Assembly: GCA_963693365.1 (NCBI GenBank)
Contig: CAVNZM010000013.1
Span: forward strand, 5,818,640 to 5,882,639
Reading direction: 5' to 3'
Source of the DNA: Amoebidium appalachense
Lineage: Eukaryota; Protista; Ichthyosporea
DNA length: 64,000 bases
The notes below the pieces were generated by a model. It was given only the letters and a program-made list of their open reading frames with translations, searched no databases and was not told the origin of the DNA. Below are positions 19,436 through 40,990 of this stretch, one piece after another (the stretch's first letter is position 1; each line of letters begins with the position of its first letter). The position numbers and the translations under genes were made by a program.

Positions 19436-19725
19436 ACACACACATACAGCGCAAAGCGTGTCAGTCCTACCTCCCCAACCTTCGTGAGACCATAGCCAAC
19501 ATGGAGCGCCAACACACAGACAAGGCCAACACCACCCTCAACCAGTTACGCAAAATGCTGATTATTCTCGAGGCCCCAACACTGCCCACTACATTCGAAC
19601 ACAAAAATCCCGGAAATGCCGCAAAGGTGCTATAAGTCCCCACACTTCTCTAGTCTTCCTATACTTGTTCTCCTATTTCCTACCTGCCCATATTAATTCA
19701 CCTTCACTTTGTTCTCTGAGACCAA

Positions 19726-19756
<31 letters not shown>

Positions 19757-19766
19757 CCCCTCCCCC

Positions 19767-19797
<31 letters not shown>

Positions 19798-21396
19798 ACA
19801 CACACAGTCATTCACCAGCATGTGCAAGTATGGCTCTGTGGCTCGTGTTTTCCCTCTTCCCCACGGCATGCACCAAACTTGGCAAATGTCTTCATCAGCC
19901 TTCCCAGCCCCCTCCTTTTCGTTGCCCCCTTCTCCCCCCCCCCCGCCCCCACTTACCCACCTACCCCTCCCTCCCTCATCCTCCAGGCTTTCCTTGCCCT
20001 CGCCGTGACCATGAAAGAATTATTGTTGGCAGGCCATAATGAAGCATAACTATCATTTTCGATGTTGAACATTGGGTCGCCTGATAATGAAGTGGTTATG
20101 AGGCCTTACCACTGACATGGGTGTTATATGGTTTCCCTTCACAGACCATGACAAATATCAGAAAGTTCCTGGCCAATCGCGTAGCCCCGTTGACCCCCCG
20201 GTCACCTGGGAGCACCTACTCACCGGGGTTTACGCCAAAACCACCCGTATGTTATGTTCCTGTTTTTGCTCTCTTCCTGCTTTTCCACGCACATGCATGT
20301 TTTATTTCTTATGTTTGTTGATTTCAACTTCAGCTATTGTGCCGTGTGGTGTTTTGTTATTTTGGTGTAGTGTGTTAGGGTGCTAGTGGTGGGTGCCGTG
20401 CTTCCGCATATGATGTAGGAGGTTGATTGAGTTGAGGCTCGGTTTCGTCTTGATGTGTCTGCAGCAATTCCCCCCCCCCCCTCTCCAAAATGCTCAAGGG
20501 TGGAGGGAGACACTTTGTGGCATGAAGTGTGGTTTGGATACATGACGACTGGGGCTGTGTTTCGCGGTGGTGGTAGTGACAATGGGGTGTGTTTCGGGGA
20601 GGTATTGAAGATGAGGGTGTTGTGTTTCTCTGTCGTTGAAATGGGGGTGTGTTTTGTGGTAGTGGTGATGTGATGTTCGGGAGATCAGAAAAGGTCCTGT
20701 AGTTTCGTACAGTAATGATGAATGGTGTTGTGTTTCATTAGGGACTGAAGGTGTGATCGATAATTAATCGTTGATTACCTAAACAGCCCTTGTGCATGAA
20801 TCATGTGTTAATTTCTGGGACTGTGTGATTCTGCAGGCGTCGCCATATGTACAGAAACATGTGGTGGACTTTGAAAGGGCGGTGAGAGAGCTGACTGACA
20901 GAGAGGATGACTTCGGCCAGGTAAGGGTTAAGGCCTATGCATGCATAAACTTGAAAGGATGGAAGGGTTAAGGCCTGTGCATGCATAAACTTGAGAGGAT
21001 GAAGAAAGGGTTAAGGCCTATGCATGCTTAAACCTTAACGGATGAAAGGGCTAAAGCCTGTGCATGCATGAACTTTAAAGGATGAACGGGTTAAGGTCTG
21101 TGCATGCATAAACTTTAAAGGATGAAAGGGGTAAGGCCTGTGCATGTATAAACTTTAGAGAAAGGGTTTAGGCCTGTGCATGCATGATTAATGAGGATGG
21201 CTCTGGCCAGGTAGGGTAAGGCCTGTGCATGCACAGCTGTTGATGATGCGCACCTTAGGTGGTCCTTAAAAGAGGGGCGACCCCATACGTAGGCAAAACC
21301 ACTCGTTGTGCGCAATGACGTATCTTACAATTAAGTATTGGGTGAGGATTCGAGACATGCCGAATTGGTCATTCAAGGGGGGGGGGGGGGGGGGGG

Positions 21397-21431
<35 letters not shown>

Positions 21432-22937
21432 TATGGATTGTCTATGTGTACGACAGCTGCCTCACACTTCAAACGGTGTCACCATGGGGGTTGAGTTGTG
21501 CTCGGTTTTGTGATGTGGTGGGTGTGCATGGTTGGGACTTCCCAGTGTCGCTGGTAGAGATTGTGCTCTGCCTCCCCCCCAACAATATCAGCCCCCCCCC
21601 CCCCCCCCCCCCCGCTCCCTCCCTCGTCTTTGACATATAGCACCCCTCTAACCACCGAACCATGTTAACGTGATAGAAGAGGTCACTTGTATCGAATATA
21701 GCACATCCATAGTATCACCGTATAACCTTCATGTGAAGTTAATATTAGGGCTGGAACATAATAATAATAACGGTCGAATGCTATGTGCGCTTGGGAGGGG
21801 TGTGGACATGTGTGCTTGTACTTAGTATGGGAATGTTACTAATGCCATGTTGCTTTATTTGCACACAGGTGTTTCAGGGGGCATTTATGTACATCGATGA
21901 CTGGGTGGCAGGCCAAGGTGGGTCTTGGCCGTCTTTTCGTTTTTTCATCCCTCCCCCCCCCCTCCTCCCCGCCCCCCCTCCCCCCCCGCCCTCCCTCTTG
22001 GCCCCCTCCCCTTCTCCCATGTTTTATCCACTGTGCGTGAAGAAAGTTTGTTGTTGGTATTCGCTTAGTTAGCTGGAGTGATCTGGAAGGAGCAGAAAAG
22101 AAAGAAATGGGGAGAGGGGTCGGGGGGTGGGGGGGGGGGGTGGATACCAGACAGCATTTGGTATCATGGCTTAAAGGGGGGAGGGGGGGAGGGGGGAGGG
22201 GGGGGGGGGACATATGGCATATGACACGGCCAGGTATTAATAGGACACAGCACGAGATGTAGGACACAATATCAATCATTGTGTGTGCTAACATGGTGTG
22301 GTGCAGGCTCGAGTGGAGGCCTGGACATGCCCTACCCATGGACCCTGGATGAAATCCCAAGTCTGGGTACGTGCCTTTCTCCCTACCTCCCTGATTGGCG
22401 TACACACACAACACACAGGTCCAACACACACACACACGCGCGCGCATGTGCCCACTTGGGTGAAACACAAACAAACAAAACGCACATACACACACACGCA
22501 AACACAAACACCGACACGCTCACTCACTCACTCACACTCGATGCTTTTTCTCAGCTGTAAATAATTGTAGCGTGCACACATGGGCCACGAACGGTTGTGA
22601 TTGGGCCTATGAACCTACAGTCTGATTACCGAGAATGTACAACACGTGTGCACAATAATGATTTACCAAGCAATTAGTAGATAACATGTACACAACAAAC
22701 GTAGGCATCTTTTTTCCAAACATCAAATGTGTTTGGTGTGGATGTCTGGCTAACGTGTGGGGATTCTTGCAGGCATGTGGGAGGAGGAGGAAGACGAGGA
22801 GGGCACAGAGGGTAGCGCCCCCCCCCCCTCCCCCCCCTCCGGACGATGGGCTCTTCGTATCTCATGATTCCAACTCGCTAATGCATACACAACCCCCTCT
22901 CCTCCTTCCTCCCCCCTCCCTCCTCCCCCCCTCCACA

Positions 22938-23015
<78 letters not shown>

Positions 23016-23331
23016 ACAACCACAACCACAGCCGCACCCCCTCATTCCCTACCCCCCCCCCCTCCCCTCCACCCTCTCCGCTGCTGCCGTTGCTCGCCCA
23101 CCCTCCCCCCTCCTCCCTGCGTGATTGCATGTCTGTGGTATTAGTTGAGGGGTCAATCCTATGCACTGCTTGTGGCTGGTGCATGACCGGGGTTACATAC
23201 AGTGTAGCCCCGGACAAAGTAGAGTATGAAACAAGAAAGTGTGAAATATATTTTTCGAGGGGTGCCTATACACACACAAGCACGCATGTGCACGTGCACA
23301 TACACATGGGCGCGCACGTGCCCGCACACAC

Positions 23332-23382
<51 letters not shown>

Positions 23383-23388
23383 CACACA

Positions 23389-23438
<50 letters not shown>

Positions 23439-23950
23439 CCCCATTCAGCGCAGTGCACACAGCCTCGCCACGCTCAAGGGCTCCCTCCCTTAAAAGACCG
23501 TACACACACACAGCACATACTTGCAGAGCACAACAGGCACATTCCTATCCCCGTTTCACCCCGTTCATCGCACGCACAGGTGCACACACACACCCTTCCA
23601 TTGTTGCAACTACCCTGTGAGAGGTGTTTTTTTTTTTTTTTTTTTTTTTTTTTATTTATTTATTTATTTATTAAATTGATTTCCAGCAGACATGTCGGAG
23701 ACACTACGACGGGAGCTGTGCAGTCTTGGTCGGCCGTATGTTCTTGTGCACGACAAGGAGAGGAGTGTGGCGGGCCAATACACCGTGCTGCTGGCATCCA
23801 TAGGTGTGTGTGTGGAGGTTCATGGTGTGTGTTTGGGGGGGGGGGGGGGGGGGGGGGGGGGAGTGAGGTCTGGCACCCGTGACTGCAGTGGCACGGTGCG
23901 TTCACACATGAATATACGCTCATGAATACATATCCCTTGCATATACCCAT

Positions 23951-24019
<69 letters not shown>

Positions 24020-24889
24020 CACATGAACACACACACACACACACAAGCATACGAATACACACAAAATCACACACACACACACACACCACCACCACCACCA
24101 CACACACACACACACACACACACCACACACATACACTCACGCACACACACACACACACACACATACACTGAACCACCCCTTACTTACACTATCTGTGCAA
24201 CGTGCAGAGCCTGGGCCCAGCACCCCCTGCCTGCCCCCCCTGCACATCACCGTGCCCACCAGCTACCCAACAACCCCACCAACTTGGTCTCTGGATCCGG
24301 GTTACGGTGCGTGTGCCCTTTATGAGTGCACGTGCTCCCGAGTGTGTTTGCACGTGCACGTGTATGTGCCCGTGTACGTGTGCGGTTGAGTGTGCGTGTG
24401 CACTTGTGCTCTGGAGTGTGCCCGTGCACGTGTGGTCGTAGTATTTGCTGAGCTCGGTCTTTATGGGCAAGGAAAGTCAATCCACGCGCTCCCAGGTGTG
24501 TGTTTGCACGTGCGCTTGGGTGTGCCCGTGCATGTTCATGTTGGGCGAGTTGTCTGCATCTGATACATCCCGCACCTCTTGCGTCGTTCTATTTGTGTGT
24601 GTGGTGCCATGTGTGCGCTGTGGCAGTATGTGTTTCTGTGCGGGTGGGTGTGTGTAAGTGGGTGTACCCGTGTGCGTGCGCCTGTGCTCAAGGAAAGTGG
24701 GCGGATAAGGTAGCTCCACGGGAGCAGTGCGTATCTTGTGTTGTGCTTATGCGTGTTGTTTGGGGCAGGGAGGGGGTGGCGTAGGATTTGTATCTGAATA
24801 TCGGGTTGATGCTAGTTGATTACAGAAGTGAGGGGATGGGGTGCAGGGGTTGGCTTGGGGCAAGGGGGAGGCGGGGTGGGGTGTACCCC

Positions 24890-24925
<36 letters not shown>

Positions 24926-25267
24926 ATATCGAACAATGCATTGTGATTGACAGGTATGTTTGTTGTATGTGTGCAGGGTGCATGGGGTTTGGCTGTGAGG
25001 TGAGAGACCACTTCAATGCAAAAGCAAAGGCACTGAGTGGACTGGTCACCGTCACAATGCTGGTGGAGTTACTGGTGGGCGCACACAGGCACACAAATGC
25101 ACGTGCACACAGGCACACACATGCACGTGCACACAGGCACACAAATGCACGTGCACACAGGCACACACATGCACGTGCACACAGGCACACACATGCACGT
25201 GCACACAGGCACGTGCACACAGGCACACACGTGCACGTGCATAGGAACACATGCACGTACATAGGAA

Positions 25268-25307
<40 letters not shown>

Positions 25308-25669
25308 CGTGCGTGCGTGTGTGTGTGTGTGTGTGTGTGTGTAAGGAGGGGGAGGAGGAATGTATGTGTGCTTGTGTGTGTGCGCGCACGTGTATGTGAA
25401 TGTATGTGCGTGTATATGTGCATGTGTGTGTGTGTGGACACACATGCACACCAATATTGCTCTCCCCTTCGAGCCCACACACTCTCGGCAACATATGGTC
25501 AACAGCCAGTACACCTTCTGGAATCAAGAAGAATTTTTCTGGTCCCCTTTTCCCCAGCTCCCCAATCCTTGTTCACAAAGGACAAAGAAAGAGAAAAGCC
25601 TTTCGAGGTCAGAAGAGGGAGATGGCGGGGGGGAAATGTTATGCACACACAGCACATGCACACACGCGC

Positions 25670-25703
<34 letters not shown>

Positions 25704-25705
25704 GT

Positions 25706-25767
<62 letters not shown>

Positions 25768-25831
25768 CCTTGCTGACAATGTGCCCACCCAGGACACGTG
25801 CATCCAAGCAATGGTCTGTAAGGCCCTGTGA
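10075..25831 (+). CDS. MED15: Mediator subunit MED15/Gal11 homolog (N-terminal KIX-like domain, Q-rich region, MED15 middle and C-terminal domains)
   Basis: Exons 10075-10136, 11239-11338, 12010-12073, [phase link unresolved; candidate 12571-12610], 12982-13035, 13707-13790, 14463-14525, 15166-15292, 15823-15874, 16719-16824, 17758-17805, 18731-18778, 19450-19626, 20145-20246, 20837-20920, 21869-21917, 22307-22366, 22773-22811, 23687-23803, 24208-24306, 24977-25074, 25793-25831. Motifs: KIX-like [24 protein letters not shown]; middle domain [22 protein letters not shown]...[14 protein letters not shown]; C-terminal LRRELCSLG...[21 protein letters not shown]...[10 protein letters not shown]. 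Confidence 0.85.
17084..17380 (+). mobile_element. Structured non-coding interspersed element, family A, copy A4 (in MED15 intron, sense)
   Basis: Near-identical (296/297 by eye) to the reverse complement of 3355-3651. Flanked by C-runs and followed by (C)n(ACCC)n. Confidence 0.88.
20905..21232 (+). repeat. ~38-bp minisatellite (~8 units) beginning at a MED15 splice donor
   Basis: Unit approx. AAGGGTTAAGGCCTGTGCATGCATAAACTTTAAAGGATGA. The first and last units carry GGCCAG|GTA. Confidence 0.9.
25079..25270 (+). repeat. 24-bp minisatellite just after a MED15 splice donor
   Basis: GCACACAGGCACACA(A/C)ATGCACGT repeated ~5 times, followed by degenerate units. Confidence 0.9.
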
Positions 25832-25902
25832 TCCTCCATTCCAGCCGACGACCAGGGCCCTCAGTGCTGACGTCACTCTGACGTCACCTCTTTTGCTCTC
25901 TT

Positions 25903-26169
25903 TTGTTTGTTTTTGTTTTTTTGTTTTGTTTGTTTGTTTGTTTTGTTTTGTTTTGTTTTGTTTTGTTTTGTTTTGTTTTGTTTTGTTTTGTTTTGTTTTG
26001 TTTTGTTTTGTTTTGTTTTGTTTTGTTTTGTTTTGTTTTGTTTTGTTTTGTTTTGTTTTGTTTTGTTTTGTTTTGTTTTGTTTTGTTTTGTTTTGTTTTG
26101 TTTTGTTTTGTTTTGTTTTGTTTTGTTTTGTTTTGTTTTGTTTTGTTTTGTTTTGTTTTGTTTTGTTTT
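25903..26169. repeat. (GTTTT)n pentanucleotide microsatellite downstream of the MED15 stop
   Basis: Direct inspection, ~50 units. Confidence 0.97.
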
Positions 26170-26908
26170 CAGCTGCCGGACGAATATTCGTTTACTTTTA
26201 TGCTCCGGGCAGGAATGAAAATCGTGGCATGATCTGATAGTGGTGTGAATGAATGAATGTTCCAAAATATGTAACAATCGAGATCCAATATTCATCATGT
26301 ATGTGCGGTAGAAATGTGTGTGGCTGGCACCTTATCCAATATGTACACATAGGGTGAAGTAGTACAGTGACGTGGATATATGTTCCCTTGTGCATGTGCT
26401 CTACTGAATGCACATCGGCTAATATTATTGCTCGGGGAAAAGCCCACATTTGTAATGGGTATGGAATGTATGACCTATCATTTTTTCGAATTTCTCTGGT
26501 AGTGCCCTTGAGCGCAACCTCATTTAATAAATATCCCAGGTTCTTTTCGTCATGCGGTCCAATTATTCTTCCTTGCACGACGAAAAACAGCTTGAACATA
26601 TAAAATCAAACCTTATTGTGGCGCGGAGATGCGCATGGGAGGGGGGGGGGGGGGGGGGGGGGGATGGCAGCTTAAGAAAATGGGGCTTACGACCTGGCAA
26701 CGGATCCCATTATCGCTGCGCATTGTTCATTGCATTGTGCACATTCTGTGCTTGTTGTTTGTTTGTGGGCATGTGTATAGTTAATGTCCTTTCCGTGAAT
26801 GCATACGCGGAATGCTTTTGGAAGGATGATGGTGTGTGCGCGCGTGTGTATGTGTGTGGGCACGTGTGCAGATGTGGGTGTTGAGTGTGTGTGCCACCGT
26901 GCGTATAC

Positions 26909-26988
<80 letters not shown>

Positions 26989-27687
26989 TGCGTGTGTGTG
27001 TGCGCGTGCGCGGCCATGGCATGCGTGCGGGGAAGAATGGGGGGGGGGGGGGGGGGGGGGGGGGGGGAGGGTAAGGGTGGTGATCCCGGGAGGTGTGTAC
27101 GAATGGAAAGCAGGGGAGAAAGGAGTGTTCAGTTGGAAAAAACTGATTGTGTAAGAGAATGTGTGTGAGGGGAAAGAGGGAGGTGGGGGGGGCCCCGGGG
27201 GGGGGGGGGGGGGGGGGGGGGGGATATATGCAGGGAGGATAACCCTTGCAAGGATCTGCGCCATGAAGTTCTCAATTGCGCGTAGTACATGTGCATTTTG
27301 TGTGATTTTGGGTGGGTGGGTGGGTGGGTGTATGAGTTTGTAGTATGCCGGGCTGGGGCCCCTCTCAAAAGCCTCGGTAAATGCAATATTGGTTAGCCTG
27401 AATGTCAAGTATTGGCAACTCTGTATCTTATTGCCGACGCAGTCGCAATTCTGTTCTGACATTTACATGTACAGATACGTACTCCACCGTCTCCTCCACC
27501 GATGCTCCGAGTACCGAGAAGAAAAAATTGCACAAGTACTTGGGACCACATATATGTACAGTTGATGTGGTAGGCCGTATAGACCTTTTTAAATTTTCAT
27601 TTAACAGTACAAAAAGTACATCCATGTCTCGGAAGTACCAATACAACTGAATTAATATCCCGCCCACATATATGTAACTTAGTGTGC

Positions 27688-28516
27688 TTAGTTCTTGAGG
27701 AGAACACAGCACTGCTTGATGGTGCAGGCCATGGTGCTGGTGGAGCGGTTCTTGCAGCGCATGATCTGGTCACCCTTGGGGTCCTTCTGGTAAATGGGGC
27801 ACGGGATAACCTCGGCACAGCTCACAAACCCGGTGGGGTTAGGTGAGCAGCAGAAGTCCTTGTTGCACTCTTTCTTGCTGGCGTCACAGCGAATCACGCC
27901 GCCCTGGAAGGGGTCGGGGCGATAGGTAGAGCACTTCACCCCGGCGGCATCACAGCAGGGGAGGTCAGCGGGAGGGGGGACGGGCAGTGTGGGCGTGACG
28001 TAGCTGGTGGTGGTGGTGGTGGTGGTGGTATAGGGCTTGGTGGGGTTGCAGCAGTAATCTTCATTGCACGGCATGCTGGTGCCGGTGCGGGGCTTGCAGC
28101 GCATCACACCACCGGTCTTGGGGTCTTCTTTGTAGCCCAGGGGGCAGGTCACGTTGGCACCTGATGGACCGCACGAAACGAAAGAGGAGGTGGGCATAGG
28201 GGTGGGGGTGGGGAGTGACATAGCCAGTGGTGGTGGAAGTGGGGGTGGTGGTGGTGTATGGCTTAGTGGGGTTGCAGCAGTAGGACTCGTTGCACGGCAT
28301 GGTGGTGCCCGTGCGGGGCTTGCAGCGCATCACACCACCAGTCTTGGGGTCTTCACGGTAGCCGAACGGGCAGGTCACGTTGGCACCCGATGGACCGCAC
28401 GAAACGAAGGAAGACTTATACGTAGGTGTGGGGTCGGTGGTGGTGGTGGTGGTGGGGACGTAGACGGCAGAGGCCGTGGCGGCGCAGGCTGCGAGGGTTG
28501 CGATAACGCGATGCAT
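27688..28516 (-). CDS. Secreted Thr/Pro-rich protein with four 6-Cys modules (putative cell-wall/surface protein); single +1 frameshift at ~28210-28213
   Basis: Signal peptide MHRVIATLAACAATASA, mucin-like T/P linkers, and modules such as CGPSGANVTCP(F/L)GY(R/K)EDPKTGGVMRCKPRTGT(T/S)MPCNE(S/D)YCCNP (x2) plus two diverged copies. Removing one C from ACTCCCCACC joins ORFs 28061-28729 and 27688-28221. Intronless, with C/G-ending codon bias. Confidence 0.8.
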
Positions 28517-28591
28517 GGTTGAAAGTTGCCTTTTCCTTGCACTTGGGTTGTGTTGATCAATTGAACTGAGTAGACGCCGATGGGTGTGGCG

Positions 28592-28599
28592 TTTATATA
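28592..28599 (-). promoter_or_regulatory. TATA box of the Cys-rich secreted protein gene
   Basis: TATATAAA on the minus strand ~76 nt upstream of the ATG at 28516. Confidence 0.6.
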
Positions 28600-30154
28600 C
28601 TAGAAGTGTAGCCAGCGGAGGCTCAGTGATTGGTACATGACACAATCGCATGATTCGCATCCTAAAATAACGGTATCGGATTGGATAAATGTCATGTATA
28701 CCATTTGTCAGCTTGTCATGAATCTGCATACGTTGCCCTACGATTACTGCAAGTGATACTACAAACAGTTCGGAATACGGAAGTTCATTGTTGTTATTTG
28801 CATTTCTAGAAGTAAGGTGGTTCTGTGGTTTATTTATATAATCTCTTCTAGATGAATTCCAGCAGAAATAGGCTCCTCTTTTATTAGTCTTCCTGAGAAT
28901 GTTGTCTTTGGAGTTTGGATCTTACTGATCATCTGGATCTCTCCAGGAATTTCATTCCAACCTTTCTTGTAAGACGAGTTATTCCGGGACTTCACCCCCA
29001 TTGTGCCAGCCCCAGGGGAAAGCAAAAATTGCGTCATCTGAACGTTTCAACGGTGTATTCTCTGAAAAAAAAATTGTAAGCGGTTGTTTTTCGCAGGAAC
29101 ATCTATAGTTCGCTACAACCAGGGCCAAAACAACACAACAACAGGTATGTTTAGGAGGATGTTTAGGTGAGATCCATCAACCACCAATGAAATTCATCGA
29201 CCAATCATAAGTCTTCTCCAATCACATTACGCTGTTCGACGTTCGTGAACAAACGTTACATGTACGTTGTGCAAGTTTCGTATTGTTCACCAGAAATACC
29301 AGACATTACAACCAGAGTTAATACATGTTTGATCATTTATTCCATATATCGAATAAACCAGCTTTTTGCTCGTTTCTATCTTATTAGAGAATTAATAGTT
29401 CGACGTGGTGGGAAAAACAGCCTTGTGCGTGGCCACACGTTTGCTTCGCAATTGGAATGTTTGGTTCCTGTACATTGAATGCACAACAGTAGATCCAGGA
29501 TTGCAGTCTCATACCAGTGGCCAGTAACGAAGAGAATGTATACGTAAAATATAACTCCAGCACCATGTGCTATTGTAGTTGTAAATAAAACAATATTTAG
29601 AATCAGGGGAGAATTATTATATTGAAAAAACTGGTGCGTTTCTCTCAGCCTCGCTCAAACTAAAGTTTCTGTTGAAATGAACTGGTCACTGCTGACTGCT
29701 TTCCAAATTCCATTGATGGCTGACCGTGCTGATTGGCTGATTGGATGCCATGTGAAAGATGAGCTTGGGGATACCTGGCAGCCCTGGTATGAACAGTTCG
29801 GAATATTTAGTGAACGTACGAACAGTGTGTGTAAACATGTTGCAACTCGGCTTCGGTGATCTTCAATTGTCAATTCATGCACTCCAATTCATGCACGCCC
29901 GCCGGGTGGTGTGACTGTGAACACAGTGGTTGTGTGGGTGGGGTAGGGGGTGGGGGGTATATAGAGAAAGACAAAAAGGGGGGGAAGGGAGAGAGAGGGG
30001 GGCCCGGGGGAGGGGGGGGAGGGAGGGAGGGGCGGAGGGAGGGCCCGGAGGCGGAGGGAGGGAGGGAGGGAGGGAGGGAGGGAGGGATCGGGGGATCGAG
30101 AGAGGGAGGGAGGAGGGACGGAGGAAGGGAGGGATGGGAGGGATGGGATGCCCG

Positions 30155-30191
<37 letters not shown>

Positions 30192-30460
30192 GGGGGGGGG
30201 GGAGGGGGGGGGAGGGGGGGGGGGGGGCTTTCTTTCAATTAGAAGCTATTCTGTACGTGGGATTCTTTGGCAGTCGATCAAATCAGTGAGATTTGCGCTT
30301 TCTGAAGACACAGCCCGTAATGTTGGCAATCGTAGGTGGTTCTGATTTGTTATATCGCTTTGAAGAAAATGCTTTTCTTAAAGATTAGCCAAGCACCACA
30401 CATCTAATACATATGACATGAAATGTTCACCACTGCTACAATAGCGCCCCGTCCCCCCTG

Positions 30461-30643
<183 letters not shown>

Positions 30644-31049
30644 CAAAGTCACACGCTCACCACCAAGCCTTGTAATGGGGTGCAGGCGTATGTTTTCAAT
30701 TCAACGGTCAAAAACATGGGTTGCAAGACACGATGAATCCTAGCAGTCATCATACAAAGATCCTCGCCCGTCCCCCTTCCCACCATTAAGGAGCCCATGG
30801 TTTACAGGTATCGCTTGTGTCCCAATTGTTCTCTCCCACGCCTCCTATAGCTATAGACCCCCCTTCCCCACCCCACCTTCCGCACAATCACCTAGCCAAT
30901 AACCTAAATTTTCTCTCCCCCCCTTCATCAAACCTCCCCTCTTCCCTGTACCCCCTCTGCCCCCCTCCCCGGCACTTCTCCCCCCCCCCCCCCCCACCCC
31001 CCCCCCCCCACCTTCCTCCCCCCCCCCCCCCCCCCCCCCCCCTCCCCCT

Positions 31050-38447
<7,398 letters not shown>

Positions 38448-39084
38448 GTTTAAGCTGTGTGTGCCGAGAGCTTCACTGGGTTAGTTTTGCAGTACTCCTG
38501 ATTGCAAGCACTGTAAGAATGACACTTGCTCGTTGGGTTGGTTGGCGCTGTGCCTGGCCGTAGCGCGGATACGTACTGAGATGTCCCTCTGCCATGAAAA
38601 AGTAATAGCCATCATAAGTTACATATTGCCAACGCAATATAGGTAGGAATCAATGACTGGTAGCTATAGGTGCCACAGTGGTGTTCAATCGACTAGTGAG
38701 TGGACCATGTGCAACACTGTGGCAAGAGTTGCCAGGGTGTGCATTCGCAGGTATGTGCGTTTTTTTTTTTTTTTCTTCATAAAGGATACTACGTGGCAGT
38801 GTGTATGTTGGGTTCATGGTCATCCACTTGTATGCTCTTGCCCAGGTTAGCATGTGCATGCACGGCACACAAGGGAGGGCTATGCAATTTCCGTGTACTG
38901 GATGTTGTTGTGCGTGCAGACAATGCGTTTGTGCGACTATATTTAATGTATCAGTATTGACATGCATGCGTGCGTTCATGTGTGCATGTGGTTGGTTGTG
39001 TGCGTGCATACAGGCGGAGCGGTCCCGGGGGGATGGGGGGGGGGGGGGGGGGGGGAGAATGACTGTGACCGTGTCACGTGTGTG

Positions 39085-39148
<64 letters not shown>

Positions 39149-39193
39149 CTGTGTGTGTGTGTGTGTGTGAGTGAGTGAGTGTGTGTGTGTTTG

Positions 39194-39225
<32 letters not shown>

Positions 39226-39262
39226 TGTGTGCGTGCGTGCGTGCGTGCGTGCGTGTGTGCGC

Positions 39263-39298
<36 letters not shown>

Positions 39299-39518
39299 CC
39301 ACGTTTGCGTGTGACGTAAGTGTACGGTGTGTGTGCGTGTGGTTATCGTAGTAAGTTATGTACCAGGTCGGCGTTTCGAGTATGTGGTAATGTGTCTACA
39401 TGTGTGTGCTGTGTGCGTGTGTGTGCGTGTGTGTGCGTCCGTGTGTGTGTGTTTGTGTTTGTGTTTGTGTGCGTGTGTGCATGTGTGTGTGTGTGTGAGT
39501 GTTTGAGTGAGTGAGTGA

Positions 39519-39617
<99 letters not shown>

Positions 39618-40941
39618 CCCGTGTATGTGTGTGTGTGCACGCGCGGCAGTGGGCACTTGACCTGACAGGATGTGTGTGGGTGTGCTTGGGTGCAATGTGT
39701 CACCAATATATGTGCGTGCTTGGGTTGCAGTCGATGTTTGTGCTGGCGGCATATGTGCCGTGTGTGCCTGTGCTGCTACCCGTACCGAACCGGGTGTTTG
39801 TTAACGATTCAGAAGAAATGTGTGCCAGGCAGTCACTGACCCTAAACCCTAAATATGCATATATGTTTGCAGCCTACAACGGAAGCGAGCCAGGTTGCTT
39901 ATGTAAACGTACCTTCACAGGCGCGGCTGCAGATTATTATGACTGAAGGTGTATACGTCCCGGAATAATGATAGACTGCCAAGTATGTACGGTAACCGTG
40001 ATACTGTCACTTCACGTACAGTACGCCGACGCAATTTGCACATGTCACAGTCACTATTTTGCCTAAAGTAACACAGAAGCACCGTTACTGTAGCTGACCT
40101 TCCAAAGTGCAAGTACATGTAGTACATATTTTATGCTGACAAGCCTGACAATTACATCCCAAATCGATGCTCGGTTATAACGGTGCGTGCTCGGTGCCTC
40201 CCATGCATGCTCACGCACAAGTGTGCATTCCCTTGTGCTCCGAAGGCCCGAGCACCCCCCGAGGCACAAGTAGTAGACTGTTTATCAATTAGCTGGTCCT
40301 AATAAGCGCTATATAGCCTGCATACGGAAACCAAGGCGTTGGCTACGCATAACAATAGGTTCTCTAGGTTCCTACCTATCATAATTACAGGCCCGGTAGC
40401 AAGCTGCGCGCGAATACCGTAATACATCTGCCAGCGCACTGTCACAGCCGCCATGCGTGTTTTGTGTACTCGTTTGAACGTACATGCCTATCTAGTTAAA
40501 TAAGCCTACATAGGGCGGAATCGATCCAAACTGGGCTCTCTGGACAACTTTTTGGTTATATCAAAATATAGTCGCTTCAAGGTGAGCGGGACCCTTCAAA
40601 ATGTAGCAGAAAGCAAAGAGCATGGTACTAGCATGCTAGCGGGAAAGTCTGAAGGCTTTATGTTGTCTTTTCATCGAGTTCATTGTGTAGCGTTCTAAAG
40701 GGGTTCAGCCGCTTCCGGCGGAAATCTGGGCTCGGCCGCGGAAATCGATCGGGCGACAGACGAGGATGCGGAAAAAACACGATACCCCTTGTTGGTTGGC
40801 AAGCGCTGGCGCCCTTATTTATTACACCAATCACCTTGGTCCAGAGACAAAAAAGGCAGAAAAATTCAGCAGCTAACTGGGCATACCAAGAAAGCGCGGG
40901 CGACTCTCGAACACTACGCTGTAGGGGTGGTCGTCCGGCAC

Positions 40942-40990
40942 GAGCCACTTTAGTGGCTATTTCGACCCATTCGAGCCACTGAAGTGGCTC
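40942..40990. promoter_or_regulatory. Tandem pair of palindromes (AGCCACT-nn-AGTGGCT) in the GPCR intergenic region
   Basis: GAGCCACTTTAGTGGCT and GAGCCACTGAAGTGGCTC lie ~31 bp apart, each followed a few bases later by TCGACC. Function is inferred only. Confidence 0.35.

Noticed and set aside
20905-21232. CRISPR-like array
   Set aside because: Contiguous degenerate tandem units with no unique spacers, no cas genes, and a eukaryotic intron context.
26198-27712. Short minus-strand ORFs between MED15 and the Cys-rich gene, and the AT-rich region 28800-29900
   Set aside because: No recognisable domain or consistent splice model; possibly decayed sequence but unsupported.
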